Assembly: GCA_977018835.1 (NCBI GenBank)
Contig: OZ361256.1
Location: forward strand, 7,130,001-7,194,000
Origin: Minutocellus sp. GHC0000111
Lineage: Eukaryota
Reading direction: 5' to 3'
Length of the DNA stretch: 64,000 nucleotides
Below are positions 1-11,975 of the stretch, piece by piece. The translations under genes and the position numbers were made by a program. The notes beneath the pieces are model-generated. The model had not been told where the DNA came from. It saw nothing but the letters and a program-made list of their open reading frames with translations, and did no database searches. Each line of letters opens with the position of its first letter. Position 1 is the stretch's first letter.

Positions 1-768
1 AAGAGCATCCGTGTCCGATCTGATCGCTGCTGATGGCCCACCATCTACCTGCAGAAGTTGGCCCATTCCAACAATATCAAAATCAACTAGTCCAATCCCA
101 GCAGTAGAGTGTATGTCATCATATGGAGCCACATGCCATCGGTGGAACTTTGTCAATTTGATCACATGGCCCTGTTGTAGACTTCGGGCCTTTTCGGTAA
201 TTGTCAGGGCAACACGAGCGACGATAAGCTTTCCGCTTCCATCAAGCAAAGTAAGCGATGTGGTGTTGAAAGGTCGGCCGTGCGCAGCAAGAGCCGATCC
301 AATATCGATCCGTTTCCCATGAAGTTGAAATATAGGGAAGAATTCAGGTCCGGCGTCAAACATGGGATCTTGCAATTGATCGACGATGCCGACCGTCAGC
401 CTCAACTTCACATCAGCCACGGACAGGTTGGTAACTACGAGGCCGGGCCGCTCAGCAGCGACATCAATATCATCCCGAACATGATACTTATCAGCGCGAG
501 CCTCGACTGCTTTGACAAGATGTTGAAGTGCATGGCCGACGCCGGGATTGTTCCATAATTCTCGTCCTTGTCCGTTCGGGTCGTTCTCCAACGTGACGGC
601 GAGGCCCTCCAGTATCTCGGTAACGGCGTCTTTCGCTTTGTCCTCCGCCTTCTCTTTCTTCTTGTCAACAGGCAAAATCGGGCGAGCGGAGTTATCTGTC
701 TTGAGTTTCCTCAACCGCGTATCTGCGTTGTGGGCCGGGCCGGCACTATTATCAGCGCTGCGCTTCAT
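1..768 (-). CDS. Hypothetical protein with RPA70N-like OB-fold region (3' end outside window)
   Basis: Manually translated stop-free frame from ATG 768 to the window edge (MKRSADNSAG...). It is absent from the ORF track because no stop lies in the window. The segment LTVGIVDQL..PIFQL..SLTLLDGSGKLIVARV..LQQGHVIKLTKF..GLVDFDIVG resembles the RPA1 N-terminal OB-fold pattern. Confidence 0.55.
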   Translation of the reverse strand, partial: MKRSADNSAGPAHNADTRLRKLKTDNSARPILPVDKKKEKAEDKAKDAVTEILEGLAVTLENDPNGQGRELWNNPGVGHALQHLVKAVEARADKYHVRDDIDVAAERPGLVVTNLSVADVKLRLTVGIVDQLQDPMFDAGPEFFPIFQLHGKRIDIGSALAAHGRPFNTTSLTLLDGSGKLIVARVALTITEKARSLQQGHVIKLTKFHRWHVAPYDDIHSTAGIGLVDFDIVGMGQLLQVDGGPSAAIRSDTDAL

Positions 769-914
769 CGTAATGAAGAGGGGGCAGAGCGGCGATTCTC
801 ATGGTGGGGTCGAGTTTTTGTCATGCTTCGCTCGTCATAAGAAATAAGAATAAGGGGGATTAAAAACGGGGAAAATTATGGACAGCGCCCTCTTAATTTC
901 CTTTCCACGAAACA

Positions 915-1846
915 ATGGGCCGCTTGCTCATCTCCGCCCCCATCCTTGCCGCACCAGTAGTGATAGTCGTAACAATGGCGATGACAGGATCAATGGCCGT
1001 CGCATGCCAAGCATTCGAGGTGGGCGCCATTGCAACATTGCGAGCATCGGCGAGAAGTGCCGGCGGCCGCGGCGGCATGCATTGGATGCGCATCCGTCCG
1101 TTTGGGCTTCCACGTCAGTGCAGCTCCCCACCGCCATTACACGCGTCATCCTCACCATTTGTACCCCTTGGCGCTGTTGCTGGACGTTCGCATCAGCGAG
1201 GTTTTGTACGGCCATTTCGGGAGGCAACACATTTTTTTCCAACAAGGCCATCTACGCAAATGCGGCCAACACTGATGGAGGGGGTTCGTCGTCCAATGAC
1301 GACAGTGATGATGCAAGTGACGACAATAATGGCGACCCTGTGACGCCCACATGGACATATGTGCCGTACCAACCGCCCAAGCCAGGACAGCAACGGCAAC
1401 AGCGACGACTATTTTCTTCCAACGGTGAATGGAAGGTTCCGAACAAGATTACTGTCCCAGAGGATCAGTTGGAGATCACATTCGTCCGGTCGTCTGGGGC
1501 AGGTGGGCAGAATGTCAACAAGGTCAACACCAAGGTGGAACTGCGTTTCTTGCTGGACGATGCCCGATGGATCCCGGCCGAAGTCCGATCCAGAATAAAG
1601 CAAAACGAGGCCAACCGAATAAACAAGGAGGGATATCTCACCGTGACTTCACAGGAATATCGAACTCAGGCTCAAAACCGCAAAGATGCCGTGAAGAAGG
1701 TAGAGGACATTGTTTTGAAGGCCTATCCCCGTCCCAAGGTACGGAAGATGCGAAAGGGCGTGTCCAAGGCTGCCAAGGAACGGAAGAAGCAGGACAAGAA
1801 GCACCGGAGCCAGACCAAGGCCAATCGAAAGAAGGTCGACTTTTGA
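915..1846 (+). CDS. ICT1: Organellar peptidyl-tRNA hydrolase ICT1/ArfB (RF-1 family ribosome-rescue factor)
   Basis: FVRSSGAGGQNVNKVNTKVELRF (GGQ), SQEYRTQAQNRKDA and a basic C-tail. The ATG-915 frame gives a signal/transit-like N-terminus (..AVACQAFEVG..) that joins the RF-1 frame if the T7 run at 1232-1238 were T8. Alternative in-frame starts are 878 and 1004. Confidence 0.85.
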
Positions 1847-2201
1847 GTGTGAGATTTTGGATGATTGCTGATCATTGTGCTGCTGATTCTTGCTTGACAT
1901 TTTGTGTTGTGTGATGCATTCAGGGAACCGATACACTTGTGGTCTAAAGCTTGCTAGGAATTCCTATGTAGATTTATACAGCTATAGAGACACAAATATT
2001 GCGAATGCTCAATTGTTGCACTGCCGATGCGATGATCTGCCGATTCCGATGCGATGCCACCACAGGAAATGCTTTGTGCACTTTGTCGTAGATCTGCGTA
2101 CCGGTACTAGTACGTGTACGTTGTGCATCTTTTGCAACCCAAGTTGCATCACTGATTCCTCCGTAGTAAAGGCCTCAAAAAACACCAAACTGCGTTCACA
2201 C

Positions 2202-2713
2202 CCCACGAGCTCGTTCAGTATCAGGCCCTTTTGCAACCGTAATTTCGGTTGCAAAGCACGGCACAGTTGCACAGGAAGTTGCATTTTTGCTGGTCCCTTT
2301 GCAACCGGGAACACTTTTTGCAACCTTGTCGAGCGTGTCCGACCCCTCCAACGCGTGAAAGCACGGCAAAAAACTTCACAATGCCGTCCTCAACCATGGC
2401 CGTCGCCCGGCGTCTCGGTGCGCGCTCCATCGAAACGATTTCAGTGGCAGACGCTAACGGCACGATCGATCGGTGTCGTTGCCGTTTATCTTTCTGTTCT
2501 CGCAAGCTAGCTGGCAGGCTCCATCAGGCAGGCGATTCCCGCGACCCACGAGCTCGTTCAGCATCAGGCCCTTTTGCAACCGTAATTTCGGTTGCAAAGC
2601 GCGGCACAGTTGCACAGGAAGTTGCATTTTTGCTGGTCCCTTTGCAACCGGGAACGAACACTTTTTGCAACTTTGTCGAGCGTGTCCGACCCCTCCAACG
2701 CGTGAAAGCACGG
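2202..2713. repeat. Two direct copies of a ~165-bp unit (2202-2366, 2545-2713) rich in TTGCAA motifs with internal hairpin
   Basis: Near-identical cccacgagctcgttcag...cgtgaaagcacgg copies, each with the hairpin tttgcaaccg-taattt-cggttgcaaa. Probably internal to a non-autonomous element. Confidence 0.85.
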
Positions 2714-3868
2714 GAGTTGGTCCCATTTTCCCGAGGCTGGCCGATGCCATTGCGCTACGCATGCGAAAGTTTCAGCTTGATTGGCATGCTATTGCATGAG
2801 AAAATGTAAATCAAAACAATCAACCTTTGTTCGAGCACGCGAAAAAGGGCCGCGGATGAGAAGTGACACCGTGAGAGCCACAGCCGCCCAATCCACCCAG
2901 AAATGCAGAGACACACGCCCAAGACATGTGTGAAAATGTTTGCATGGTTGATTGTTGTGGTTTTTGTTCGCATCCGCCCCCGAATCGGCCGCCAATGAGA
3001 GCAAATTTTCGTGCGTCGTCATCGTTTTTTGTGCGTGATTTTTCCCCCTCGATAGCTCAGCCTGTGCGGAATTTTCGAGCAGGACCTTCGATGTCCCCAA
3101 CCTTGAATGTGTCTAGAGTGGGGACGTAGGCCTACCTAGCTAGGTAAGCGAGGCAGGCCGGCTCGATCAAGTCTTTTTGCCACATTTCAGGGGGAAAAGT
3201 TGGTCCGGCAGGAAATCGCGACTTTTCCCGTACTTCGCCGCGTTGGAAACACGGACGACGGAAAGACGAATGTCCAGTTTTTGGGTCGAGCGGCTCACCT
3301 AAAGCTGGACCAACTCTTGGCGAGATCGAGACTTGTGAGTTGATCCTATTGACACCATGTGATTTAAAACCTTTTTATGTTTATATGAAATTATGATGTG
3401 TGCTCTTGCTAATGCAAGTGCGACTACCTATTTTCGAATAGGGTTCTATTAGATAGATCTAAGCTATGCTTAGCGGGACGACACCACCACACATGTCGTA
3501 GATCTACGTACCGGTACGTGTACGGTGACGCGAAGACTGCGCCGTGCGCACGGAGAGCTGTGCGGTCTATCGTTTTGACACGTCAGAGCGCGTCAGGCCA
3601 GACAGACGGGCCGGCGCCGCAAAACGCCAAAACCGCCCAACAGATCTGCTGGTTCATAACCAATTGAGGGCAATCTCATTATCGGATCATCCTTTCCCAA
3701 TCCTCCAGAAAGAAAGGATACTAGGAATTCCTACTGACCAGAAGCTTCAAAGGGGAGAAGAGGTTCACACACCGCTGATAAGGGGATAACAGCTGATCAT
3801 CGTATCTGCACCCTCCTGTACAATAAATCGCACCGAAGCAAAAGAGATTCATTCATTTCGTTTCCAAG

Positions 3869-6800
3869 ATGCTGGCACGTCTCTCCACCAGAAAGTCTTT
3901 TGCCTCTTCCTTTGCCCCCCAGCGGGTGGTGGCCGCTGCAAGATGGCCCTCTGCCGATAGCAGGTCTCGCAGCACCGTTGCCCATGCGTCGCGGACTCCA
4001 GCGTCGTCCGCCTCCCTCCCAGGCTCGGCCCAGTGGCTCATGTCGCATCATCATTTGCCCAACTCGGCGGCCGTTTCCGCCTACCGACGATCGGCCAAGG
4101 CCGTCTCCGTCAGAGGTCCATATGCCGTATCTACGGGAACTCGCACGGCCTCCACCTTCTCTATCACTCCCATGGGCAACAGCCGCAAAAAAGACAGGTC
4201 CAAGTCGACCGCCGCCGCCTCCGTCTTCGAGGAGGAGGATGACGAGGATACTGAGGTCTACGTCAATGAAGGAAAGACCGTCGTCGATGCCAAGGCCCAC
4301 AAGGAGGAGTGGATGATCAACCTGGGACGGGACAGTGGCAAGATCGATGCCTGGCTTACCGGACCTCGGCCCGATGACTGGTGGACCGGGCCCCATCCTA
4401 CGAACTGTCCCGGTTTCTGCTCCGATGGCGCCCTCCGTTCTCTGCCCCTCCCCAACCTGTCCAATGTGACCCGGGCTGCGGCCAAGGAATATTTTGACAA
4501 TTCCTGGGCGCTATACGAAACCATGTTCGCCGGGCTCAAGGGGGAGGACCCGTTCTACCGCCCGCCAGTTCATGGATTGCGCCACCCGCAGGTATTCTAT
4601 TACGGCCATACGCCCTGTTTGTACATCAACAAACTTCGCGTCTCTGGCGTTCTGGACAAGCCCGTCAATGCCTACTTCGAGTCGATTTTCGAAGTAGGCG
4701 TCGATGAGATGCTTTGGGACGACATGCACAAAAACGACATGCTCTGGCCTACGATCGCTGAGGTGCACGAATATAGAAAGCAGGTGTACGAGACTGTAGT
4801 CCATGCCATCGAGACGCACGAGGCTCTGAGCGATGACGGTGTGCTGGTAAACCAAGACCACCCATTCTGGGCCCTCTTCATGGGCTTCGAGCACGAGCGC
4901 ATCCATCTCGAGACATCGTCAGTCCTATTCCGCGAGACGCCTTTGCATCTAGTCCAAACTCCAAAGCACTGGCCGCCGCTGCATCCTTCGGCGAGCCGCA
5001 CCAGTATGCCATCGCATCCTGAGGAGGGTGTTGACTTCCCCTCCAACAAAATGATCCCCGTCGCCGGCAGCTCCGTGGACCTTGGTAAGCCCAGTGATTT
5101 CCCTTCGTATGGATGGGACAATGAGTACGGCGAACGCCTCGTCGATGTGCCCGACTTTGATGCCTCCGAGCACATGATCACCAATGGCGAGTATTGGCAT
5201 TTCGTCGCCGATGGTGGTTATCGCAACAGGAAGTACTGGTGCGATGACTCATGGGCATGGAAGACTCATCGCAATATGAAATGGCCATTCTTCTGGCAGC
5301 CATGTGGGCCTGGAGGGTCGAACGAATATTCCCTCCGTACCATCTTCGAGGTGGTTCCGATGCAGTGGGATTGGTAAGTGTATATTATACATTCTCTAGC
5401 TTGAGCTACTCTATGCAGAATGCTGAACTGTTGACACAATTATTTTCTTCCGAGACGCTCATCACTGTCGTTCATTTTTCGTACCTTCCACAATACAGGC
5501 CTGTTGATGTAAATTATTACGAAGCAATGGCTTATTGCCGCTGGAAAGCAGAGAAGGATGGCTCATCCAATGTCCAGCAGCCTTATCGTTTGTTGACAGA
5601 GGCTGAGCATCATCTACTTCGTACCAAGGAGCACAACTTGGCTGCGGCTCGTGAGGACCCAGCCAACGATAAAGTCATGGTAACTCCCGGCGAGCAATTC
5701 CCAAATGGACCGACCGGAGCGAATCTCAACTTAGCCTATTCGTCCCAAAATCCCGTGGGAACTTTCCCCTCTTCTACTTCTGGACATAAAGATGTTACCG
5801 GCAATGCCTGGGAGTGGACTATGGACCACTTCAACCCTCTCGAAAATTTTGAGGTGCATCACGTCTATGAGGATTTCAGCACTCCGTGTTTTGATGGGAA
5901 GCATTCGTCGATTGTTGGAGGTTCGTTTATTTCTACTGGTGACGAGGCTTCCGTTTTTGCTCGCTTTCATTTCAGGCCCCATTTCTTGCAGCATTCTGGA
6001 TTTCGCCTTGTCACATCAGAGGAAGAGGCTCCTGCTACTCATCTTTTCCCGGGAAATTTCTCTGGCCAAGTCGCGGCCAGAGATGAAACTGCTGCAGCTG
6101 ATGCCCTCTCTTCACCTTCCGACGACTCGAATGTCTATGAAACGGATGCGCTCCGTGACATGTACCTAGGCTTGCATTATCCGTCCTCTGGGACTGACGA
6201 GGGAGTCAAGCCAATTTTGCCACATGAAAATGTTCCCGAGTATGGTCTGCGCTTTCCTCAGCGCGTCGCGGAGCTTCTTTGTGCTCTGAAGCCAGAGCGC
6301 GTAAATAATCGTGCTCTTGATATTGGCTGCGCCGTGGGAGGTTCATCCTTTGAACATGCGAAGCATTTTGATCATGTTGAAGCTTTTGATTTTAGCGCTT
6401 CTTTCATCGAAACCGCCAAGCAAATGCAGTCTGGATCTGACATTCGATTCAATGTTCCTATCGAGGCCGACATCAAGGCGGAAGTTATAGCAAAGCATGA
6501 AGAAGGTGTTATCTCCGACGTGCTGAAAAAGGCTCGTTTCTTCACTGGGGACGCTTGCCAATTGCAGCAATATTCTGGTGAAATCGGTACCTTCGATGGA
6601 GTGGTCATGTCAAACTTGCTTTGTCGTCTTCCCGATCCCGTTGCTTGTCTCGACGGAATGCCATCTGTCGTTAATAAGGGCGGCGTGGTTGTGATGGTTA
6701 CTCCATTCAGCTGGTTGGAGGAATTCACCCCCCGCAGCAAGTGGCTCGGAGGCTACCCGGATCCAGTCTCTGGCGATCCCATCTACTCCAAGGATATTTT

Positions 6801-6927
6801 GAGAGGTGTCATGGAGGCTCGTGGCTTCGAACAGATCCACGAAGAAGAAATGCCCCTTCTTATCCGTGAGCATCAGAGGAAGTACCAGTACATCGTTAGT
6901 GAGGCCACTGCCTGGAGAAAGTTGTAA
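3869..6927 (+). CDS. ovoA: 5-histidylcysteine sulfoxide synthase OvoA (ovothiol biosynthesis); 2 exons 3869-5373, 5499-6927
   Basis: DinB-like domain with HX3HXE iron motif (FEHERIHLETSS), FGE-sulfatase domain (GNAWEW, RFHFRPHFLQHSGFR) and C-terminal SAM methyltransferase (ALDIGCAVGG). The GTAAGT..CAG intron at 5374-5498 restores WDWPVDVNYYEA. Arg/Ser-rich mitochondrial-type presequence. Confidence 0.95.
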
Positions 6928-7129
6928 GCAGTTGTTTTGATTTGTAAAGCAGAAATTTGTATACGTAGATGATCAACGAAATGCACTTCCTATTGAGAGA
7001 AGTAGCTAGCTAGCTACATGTATAACAATTTTCTACATAGTCGTTTTATCATGTTGACATACTCAGGCGATGGAAAGTGAAGAAAGTAGGTTAGAACAAG
7101 CAAAACCAGCCGCAAATAATTACTCATAG

Positions 7130-7330
7130 CGCCGTTCAGGTCCACTTCTAAATCCTCTAACCTGCTCGTAGTAACCATATTCTCGACTCGAATGACGAGC
7201 CGAGAATCCGTCACTATCAGAGCACCTACCAGTCTCAAAATGATTCTTTGCCTCCTCAGCGACCCTAGCTGCCTCTACCCTCGAGCCTCGAACAAAATGC
7301 AATCGAGACCTCTTATGCAGGGAGAGACCT
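7130..7330. repeat. Dispersed degenerate coding-like repeat, copy 1
   Basis: Homologous to 16555-16770 (shared gccgagaatcc..actatcagagca, gattctttgc, gcctcgaacaaaatgcaatc, tgcagggagagacc). The minus-strand translations share GLSLHKRSR, EEAKNH and ALIVxDSRxVIRV. Confidence 0.7.
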
Positions 7331-7528
7331 CGACTACATGTAGATCAAATATTTTATAATATGTTAGTAGTACCTCAGTTTTTCTAAGCTCTCTCTCTAA
7401 ACTTTCACGAAATATCATTGTATCTAAACAACAGTGTTGTAGCTGAGTGGTCGTGCTCCACGAAAATCTCTCTCAAATGTAAACCCGTGACAATTATTTT
7501 ATCTATTTGTAGGATAAGAGTCTCTAGA

Positions 7529-9061
7529 CTAAAGACTCGGCGAGGACTTGGACGCTACCGCTGCCGATGACGATCGGAGCTCCCACACGAAGCCCATGCC
7601 CTCCAGCTCGGCAATGCGCTGGGGCGTCATGGCACTCGGCCTGCCCTCCCAGTACAGCTTGTACTGGCGGCGCTGGCACTTGACCCAGGTGGCCAGCTGC
7701 GGGTTGGCCTTGTAGCTGGACGGGACAAGGCAGTGACCGTTCTGGGCCTGGTAGCTTCGAAGGTCCTGGATCTTCTCGCTCCAGGCCGCCTGGTGGGAGT
7801 CCCATACGAAGCCCAGGGACTCAAGGAGCTCGCAGCGCTCGGGCGTCATGGTGGATTGCTTGCCCTCCTCCATGAGCTTGTGCTGGCGGCGCTGTCGCTT
7901 GACCCACCGCGCGAGCTGTGGGTTGGAAGGGTACGTGTGAGGTACGAGGGAGTGTCCGTGCTGCTGTCGGAAGGCTCTGAGCTCTAGGAGTCGTTCGTCC
8001 CACTTTTTTTCGTGGAAGGCACGGAAGCGAGGGCCGGCACCAGCGCCAGATTGAGCAGTTGCATCACTGCTGGCGACAGGTTGGTGGAAGGCTTGGTTGA
8101 AGGTAGCATGGCTGTTGCTGTAGTTGATATTATTGATGGATGACGAGGCACTCCCAGCATTAGTATTGTAAGTAGCGAAGTTGTTGCTACTGGAATTGGT
8201 GGAAATATTTTGGGATATGGACGGGAACTGAATACTTTCGAAAGGAAAGCTCACATTCATCGCTGCGCTGTTAGAATTGCTGGCAGTAGCACTCGACATG
8301 TTTGGGACCATGCTTGTTGCCATCATTGGCATCATCGAGGAAGATGGAGCTGACGAAGCCATCGTTGGCATCGTCGAGAAATGGTTGACTTGGTTATTGA
8401 CGAAAGTTTGTTGCTGATTCATGTATGCTGTTTGTTGCTGCGGCTGCTGCTGATCGTTGACGTGATATAGCTGCTGATACGGTGGCTGGTGGGCCATCAT
8501 GGCGGCACTGATGCTAGCATTGGGTGCACTGATACTACTGGCGTTACCGGTATTGGCAGACGACTGCACGGCGCTCATGAAATCTTGTTCATCCTGCGAA
8601 TCGATGGAAACGACTGAGGAACTTCTCCTCGCAGGCTTGGTAGGATCGGCGTTGTTGGTCGTATCTGCGGCAGACGAAGGAACAGCACTTGTTGCAGCTA
8701 CTGCAGAAGCAGCAATCTTTGCCGAAGAAATGTCGTTCGTCGCATAACTTTGGTATGCAGAAGGACTGTTTTTGGTGGCCTTGTTTCCACCACTGGCGTT
8801 GTGGGCAGCAGCGTTCCTTGCGGCAGCGGCGGGTGCCGATAGGAGGTTGCTCATGTAGAGGGCGTCGTTGTGGAAGCCATCGAAATCGAGTGGGATGTCC
8901 CCGGCAAGGAGGGAGAGGGGCGAGTCGTCTGCATCATTGTTGGCAGCAGCTGCTGCTGATGCCGAGGGAGGATTGGAGGCTCTACGTGTAGCCGGAGCGC
9001 TGTTATCGTTCGGATTGAAGTTCATATTATTGATTTTCTGTGGCGGTGGATTATGCGACAT
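7529..9061 (-). CDS. Helicase-associated (HA) domain protein, putative transcription regulator, paralog 1
   Basis: Two tandem HA repeats (WDERLLELRAFRQQHGHSLVP..LARWVKRQR..LESLGFVWD / WSEKIQDL..GHCLVP..LATWVKCQR..GFVWE) after a long Q/S/N-rich N-terminus. First ATG at 9061. Confidence 0.9.
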   Translation of the reverse strand: MSHNPPPQKINNMNFNPNDNSAPATRRASNPPSASAAAAANNDADDSPLSLLAGDIPLDFDGFHNDALYMSNLLSAPAAAARNAAAHNASGGNKATKNSPSAYQSYATNDISSAKIAASAVAATSAVPSSAADTTNNADPTKPARRSSSVVSIDSQDEQDFMSAVQSSANTGNASSISAPNASISAAMMAHQPPYQQLYHVNDQQQPQQQTAYMNQQQTFVNNQVNHFSTMPTMASSAPSSSMMPMMATSMVPNMSSATASNSNSAAMNVSFPFESIQFPSISQNISTNSSSNNFATYNTNAGSASSSINNINYSNSHATFNQAFHQPVASSDATAQSGAGAGPRFRAFHEKKWDERLLELRAFRQQHGHSLVPHTYPSNPQLARWVKRQRRQHKLMEEGKQSTMTPERCELLESLGFVWDSHQAAWSEKIQDLRSYQAQNGHCLVPSSYKANPQLATWVKCQRRQYKLYWEGRPSAMTPQRIAELEGMGFVWELRSSSAAVASKSSPSL

Positions 9062-10572
9062 TGGCTTGCTCGGTGCCGATTGTTGTTGAATGGGTCGGCA
9101 AGTCGTCACGTGCTCAGGCCACAAGATGATGATGTTGTGACTAGCATTGTCTGTGTCCTGACAACCCGTTCAGTCAGATATTGCATGAGCGAAGAAGAAG
9201 CGGGGGTGCTTGGACGACCGTGGGAGCCAGGACAAAGATAGGGCCTACTACTCGATTCGATATTCAAGATACACTTATTTGTCGAATGTTCTCGAAGTTC
9301 CGGAGGATGAGTGCAAGAGCCACACGGATTGTTCTGGGTTCTGGGTGCTCCCGCCGGTTGACAGGGAAAAAGTGAAGAAGCGACAAATACGTACGTGTAA
9401 AAATGTGCTGACGGAAAAGGCCATCATTTGTCAGGCCAATGCTCGCTCTGCCACTTTCGAGATCTACCTAGGTACGCTGGAAACAGAACAAAACTCACTG
9501 TCTTGTGCTAGTAATAAAATCACGCACACTCAACCTCAGAAAACCACCGACATACCAACCGATAGAGCACTCTGAGAGGGTTCTCCTGATGTATTTTGAG
9601 CCGATGCAATCGAGTTGGTGGTGATAGCAATTAGTTGCCTTGAACATGACCCTTTTTCGCTACCCTAACCCTGCGTGAAAAATGGCCACGTCACGGAGAA
9701 AGCGAACATAAAATTTATCAGGTTGGAGAAAATTTTATGTTTCAGAAAATTGGCGAGAAAAAAAGATGCTAACATCCGCCTAGTAAAACAGAAAAGGTTA
9801 ATTGCCCCAACAACCAAGGCAGATAGAGCAATTCTGGTAAAACTTTACTATGAATTGTTTTCTTGAGGAACAGTCCTGTCGTTGCGACAAAAGAAAAAAT
9901 CGTTTCTTTGCCGATTTCGAAAAAATGCCCCCCCAAAAAGACCGCTTTCCGGCCGTTTCCAGACTTTGTCGCAACGACCAATCGAAAGAACGCATAAATT
10001 TACCTGGGGCAACTCTGTTCGACTTGTGCCGTGTCTCTAACCGTTCGGGGGGCAAAGAGGGTGTCCCACCTCGTCAGCTTCATTCTTGTTCCAGCGCAGC
10101 TAGGTCACGTTGTTTTATTTTACAATAAAGGAAAGAAAACACTCACACAAAGGCGGCTTCATAGCAAGTTCACACAATTCTTTCGATTTCTGAATTTTGA
10201 CACAGCCCATTGTGAAAAGAAACCAGAAGAAAGATGCCATGTTCACGACTTTCTGACGGGAGCACACAGAACCATCATCAGGCAGAGCAACATGCGCCAG
10301 TCACATGACGAGCTCGATGATGCCGTTTTTACAGCAGCACAAGTGACTTTACACACAGAGTTGAACGGGAGCCGGAGTCCAGCTCCCGACTTCCGGAAGC
10401 AGTGACAGGCGCCTGGCATTCTGCGCGGGCCACAAACATCAAAACCACTGAAGCTTGTTGTCACTTTTCCTCCACTCGACTGATCTTCACATAATTTGAC
10501 AGACGCAATCCTGCCAAAGCACCACACCGTAACCAAGCATCTTTCCTTCTCGCACCAACCACTGCATTCAAA

Positions 10573-11832
10573 ATGAATCACCCAAACCCGTACCCAAGTA
10601 CCAACACCTCCGCCGTCGCACCTCAGCTGCAACAGCAGCAGCACGACGAGTCACCGCTCGACCTTCTCGACCCGCTCTCCATGGCTGGCGACATGTCCAT
10701 CGACTTGGATGGCTTTCAGAGCGACGCTCTTTACCTCTGCAATCTTTTGTCCACAGCAGCTCCCACCGACGAAAAGATTCCCACGTCCAATGCTTCCCAG
10801 GCCAGCCTAGATCTAGGCCGTCTATCATTTGCCCTTCAGCAAAACACCAACAAGGACACTACCATGGCCAAGAGACATTCCTCCATCGTTTCCCTCAGTT
10901 CCGAAGACCAGCGCGAACTCGAGCAGGCCTTTGCGGAAATGAACGACATCTTCGAGCCCACTCCCATTGAGGTCATGTCCTCGTCCAACAATGACAACAA
11001 CGCCCTCTTCAATATGAGCCTTCCCGCCGCAAATGTTGCCTTGGATCCAACACCAAGTGGCGTCCCTTCGTCCATTGCCAATGCCTTCAGCAGCAGCAGC
11101 AATGCGATGAAGAATGGCTTCCCCGAGATGGACAGCATCCAGCTTCCCGAGATGCCCAAGATCATCCTCCCTACTTCCACCACCAGCACTCCTTCCATTA
11201 GTGCCAAGAAGCATGGCAACTCCAACAATACCGACGACAGCGACACAGACGCTGGTGCTGGCCCTCGCTTCCGTGCCTTCCACGAAAAAAAGTGGGACGA
11301 ACGACTCCTAGAGCTCAGAGCCTTCCGACAGCAGCACGGACACTCCCTCGTACCTCACACGTACCCTTCCAACCCACAGCTCGCGCGGTGGGTCAAGCGA
11401 CAGCGTCGCCAGCACAAGCTCATGGAGGAGGGCAAGCAATCCACCATGACGCCCGAGCGCTGCGAGCTCCTCGAGTCCCTGGGCTTCGTATGGGACTCCC
11501 ACCAGGCGGCCTGGAGCGAGAAGATCCAGGACCTTCGAAGCTACCAGGCCCAGAACGGACACTGCCTCGTCCCGTCCAGCTACAAGGCCAACCCGCAGCT
11601 GGCCACCTGGGTCAAGTGCCAGCGTCGCCAGTACAAGCTGTACTGGGAGGGTAGGCCGAGTGCCATGACGCCCCAGCGCATCGCCGAGCTGGAGGGCATG
11701 GGCTTCGTGTGGGAGCTCCGATCAGCGTCCACGTCCTCCTCCAAGGCTGGCGGCAAGAAAGTCACACCCTCTACTGACACTTTGTCTGACGACGAATTCG
11801 AGGCTTTGGAAATGGCCTCCGGTATTCTCTAG
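10573..11832 (+). CDS. Helicase-associated (HA) domain protein, paralog 2
   Basis: Same two HA repeats with identical amino-acid sequence to paralog 1. Divergently oriented. Confidence 0.9.
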   Translation: MNHPNPYPSTNTSAVAPQLQQQQHDESPLDLLDPLSMAGDMSIDLDGFQSDALYLCNLLSTAAPTDEKIPTSNASQASLDLGRLSFALQQNTNKDTTMAKRHSSIVSLSSEDQRELEQAFAEMNDIFEPTPIEVMSSSNNDNNALFNMSLPAANVALDPTPSGVPSSIANAFSSSSNAMKNGFPEMDSIQLPEMPKIILPTSTTSTPSISAKKHGNSNNTDDSDTDAGAGPRFRAFHEKKWDERLLELRAFRQQHGHSLVPHTYPSNPQLARWVKRQRRQHKLMEEGKQSTMTPERCELLESLGFVWDSHQAAWSEKIQDLRSYQAQNGHCLVPSSYKANPQLATWVKCQRRQYKLYWEGRPSAMTPQRIAELEGMGFVWELRSASTSSSKAGGKKVTPSTDTLSDDEFEALEMASGIL

Positions 11833-11975
11833 ATTGACATTTCACCTATTGGGGGAGGGGAATTCCTTTACTTGTTATATCAAATCCAAGTGCTCATGAG
11901 AGCATTCATACATTTTATATAAACATAAACATACATGAAGTCGACAGACACACAGCTTTAATCTGTACACTTCTA

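Noticed and set aside
1890..2809. ORFs of 186-206 aa in the repeat block
   Set aside because: Overlapping frames across a non-coding duplication, with no motifs or codon bias.
3050..3125. tRNA/SINE-like A-box (tagctcag)
   Set aside because: No B-box or cloverleaf could be built.
9590..10130. Possible MITE between the HA genes
   Set aside because: TE-like composition, but no convincing TIR/TSD pair found.
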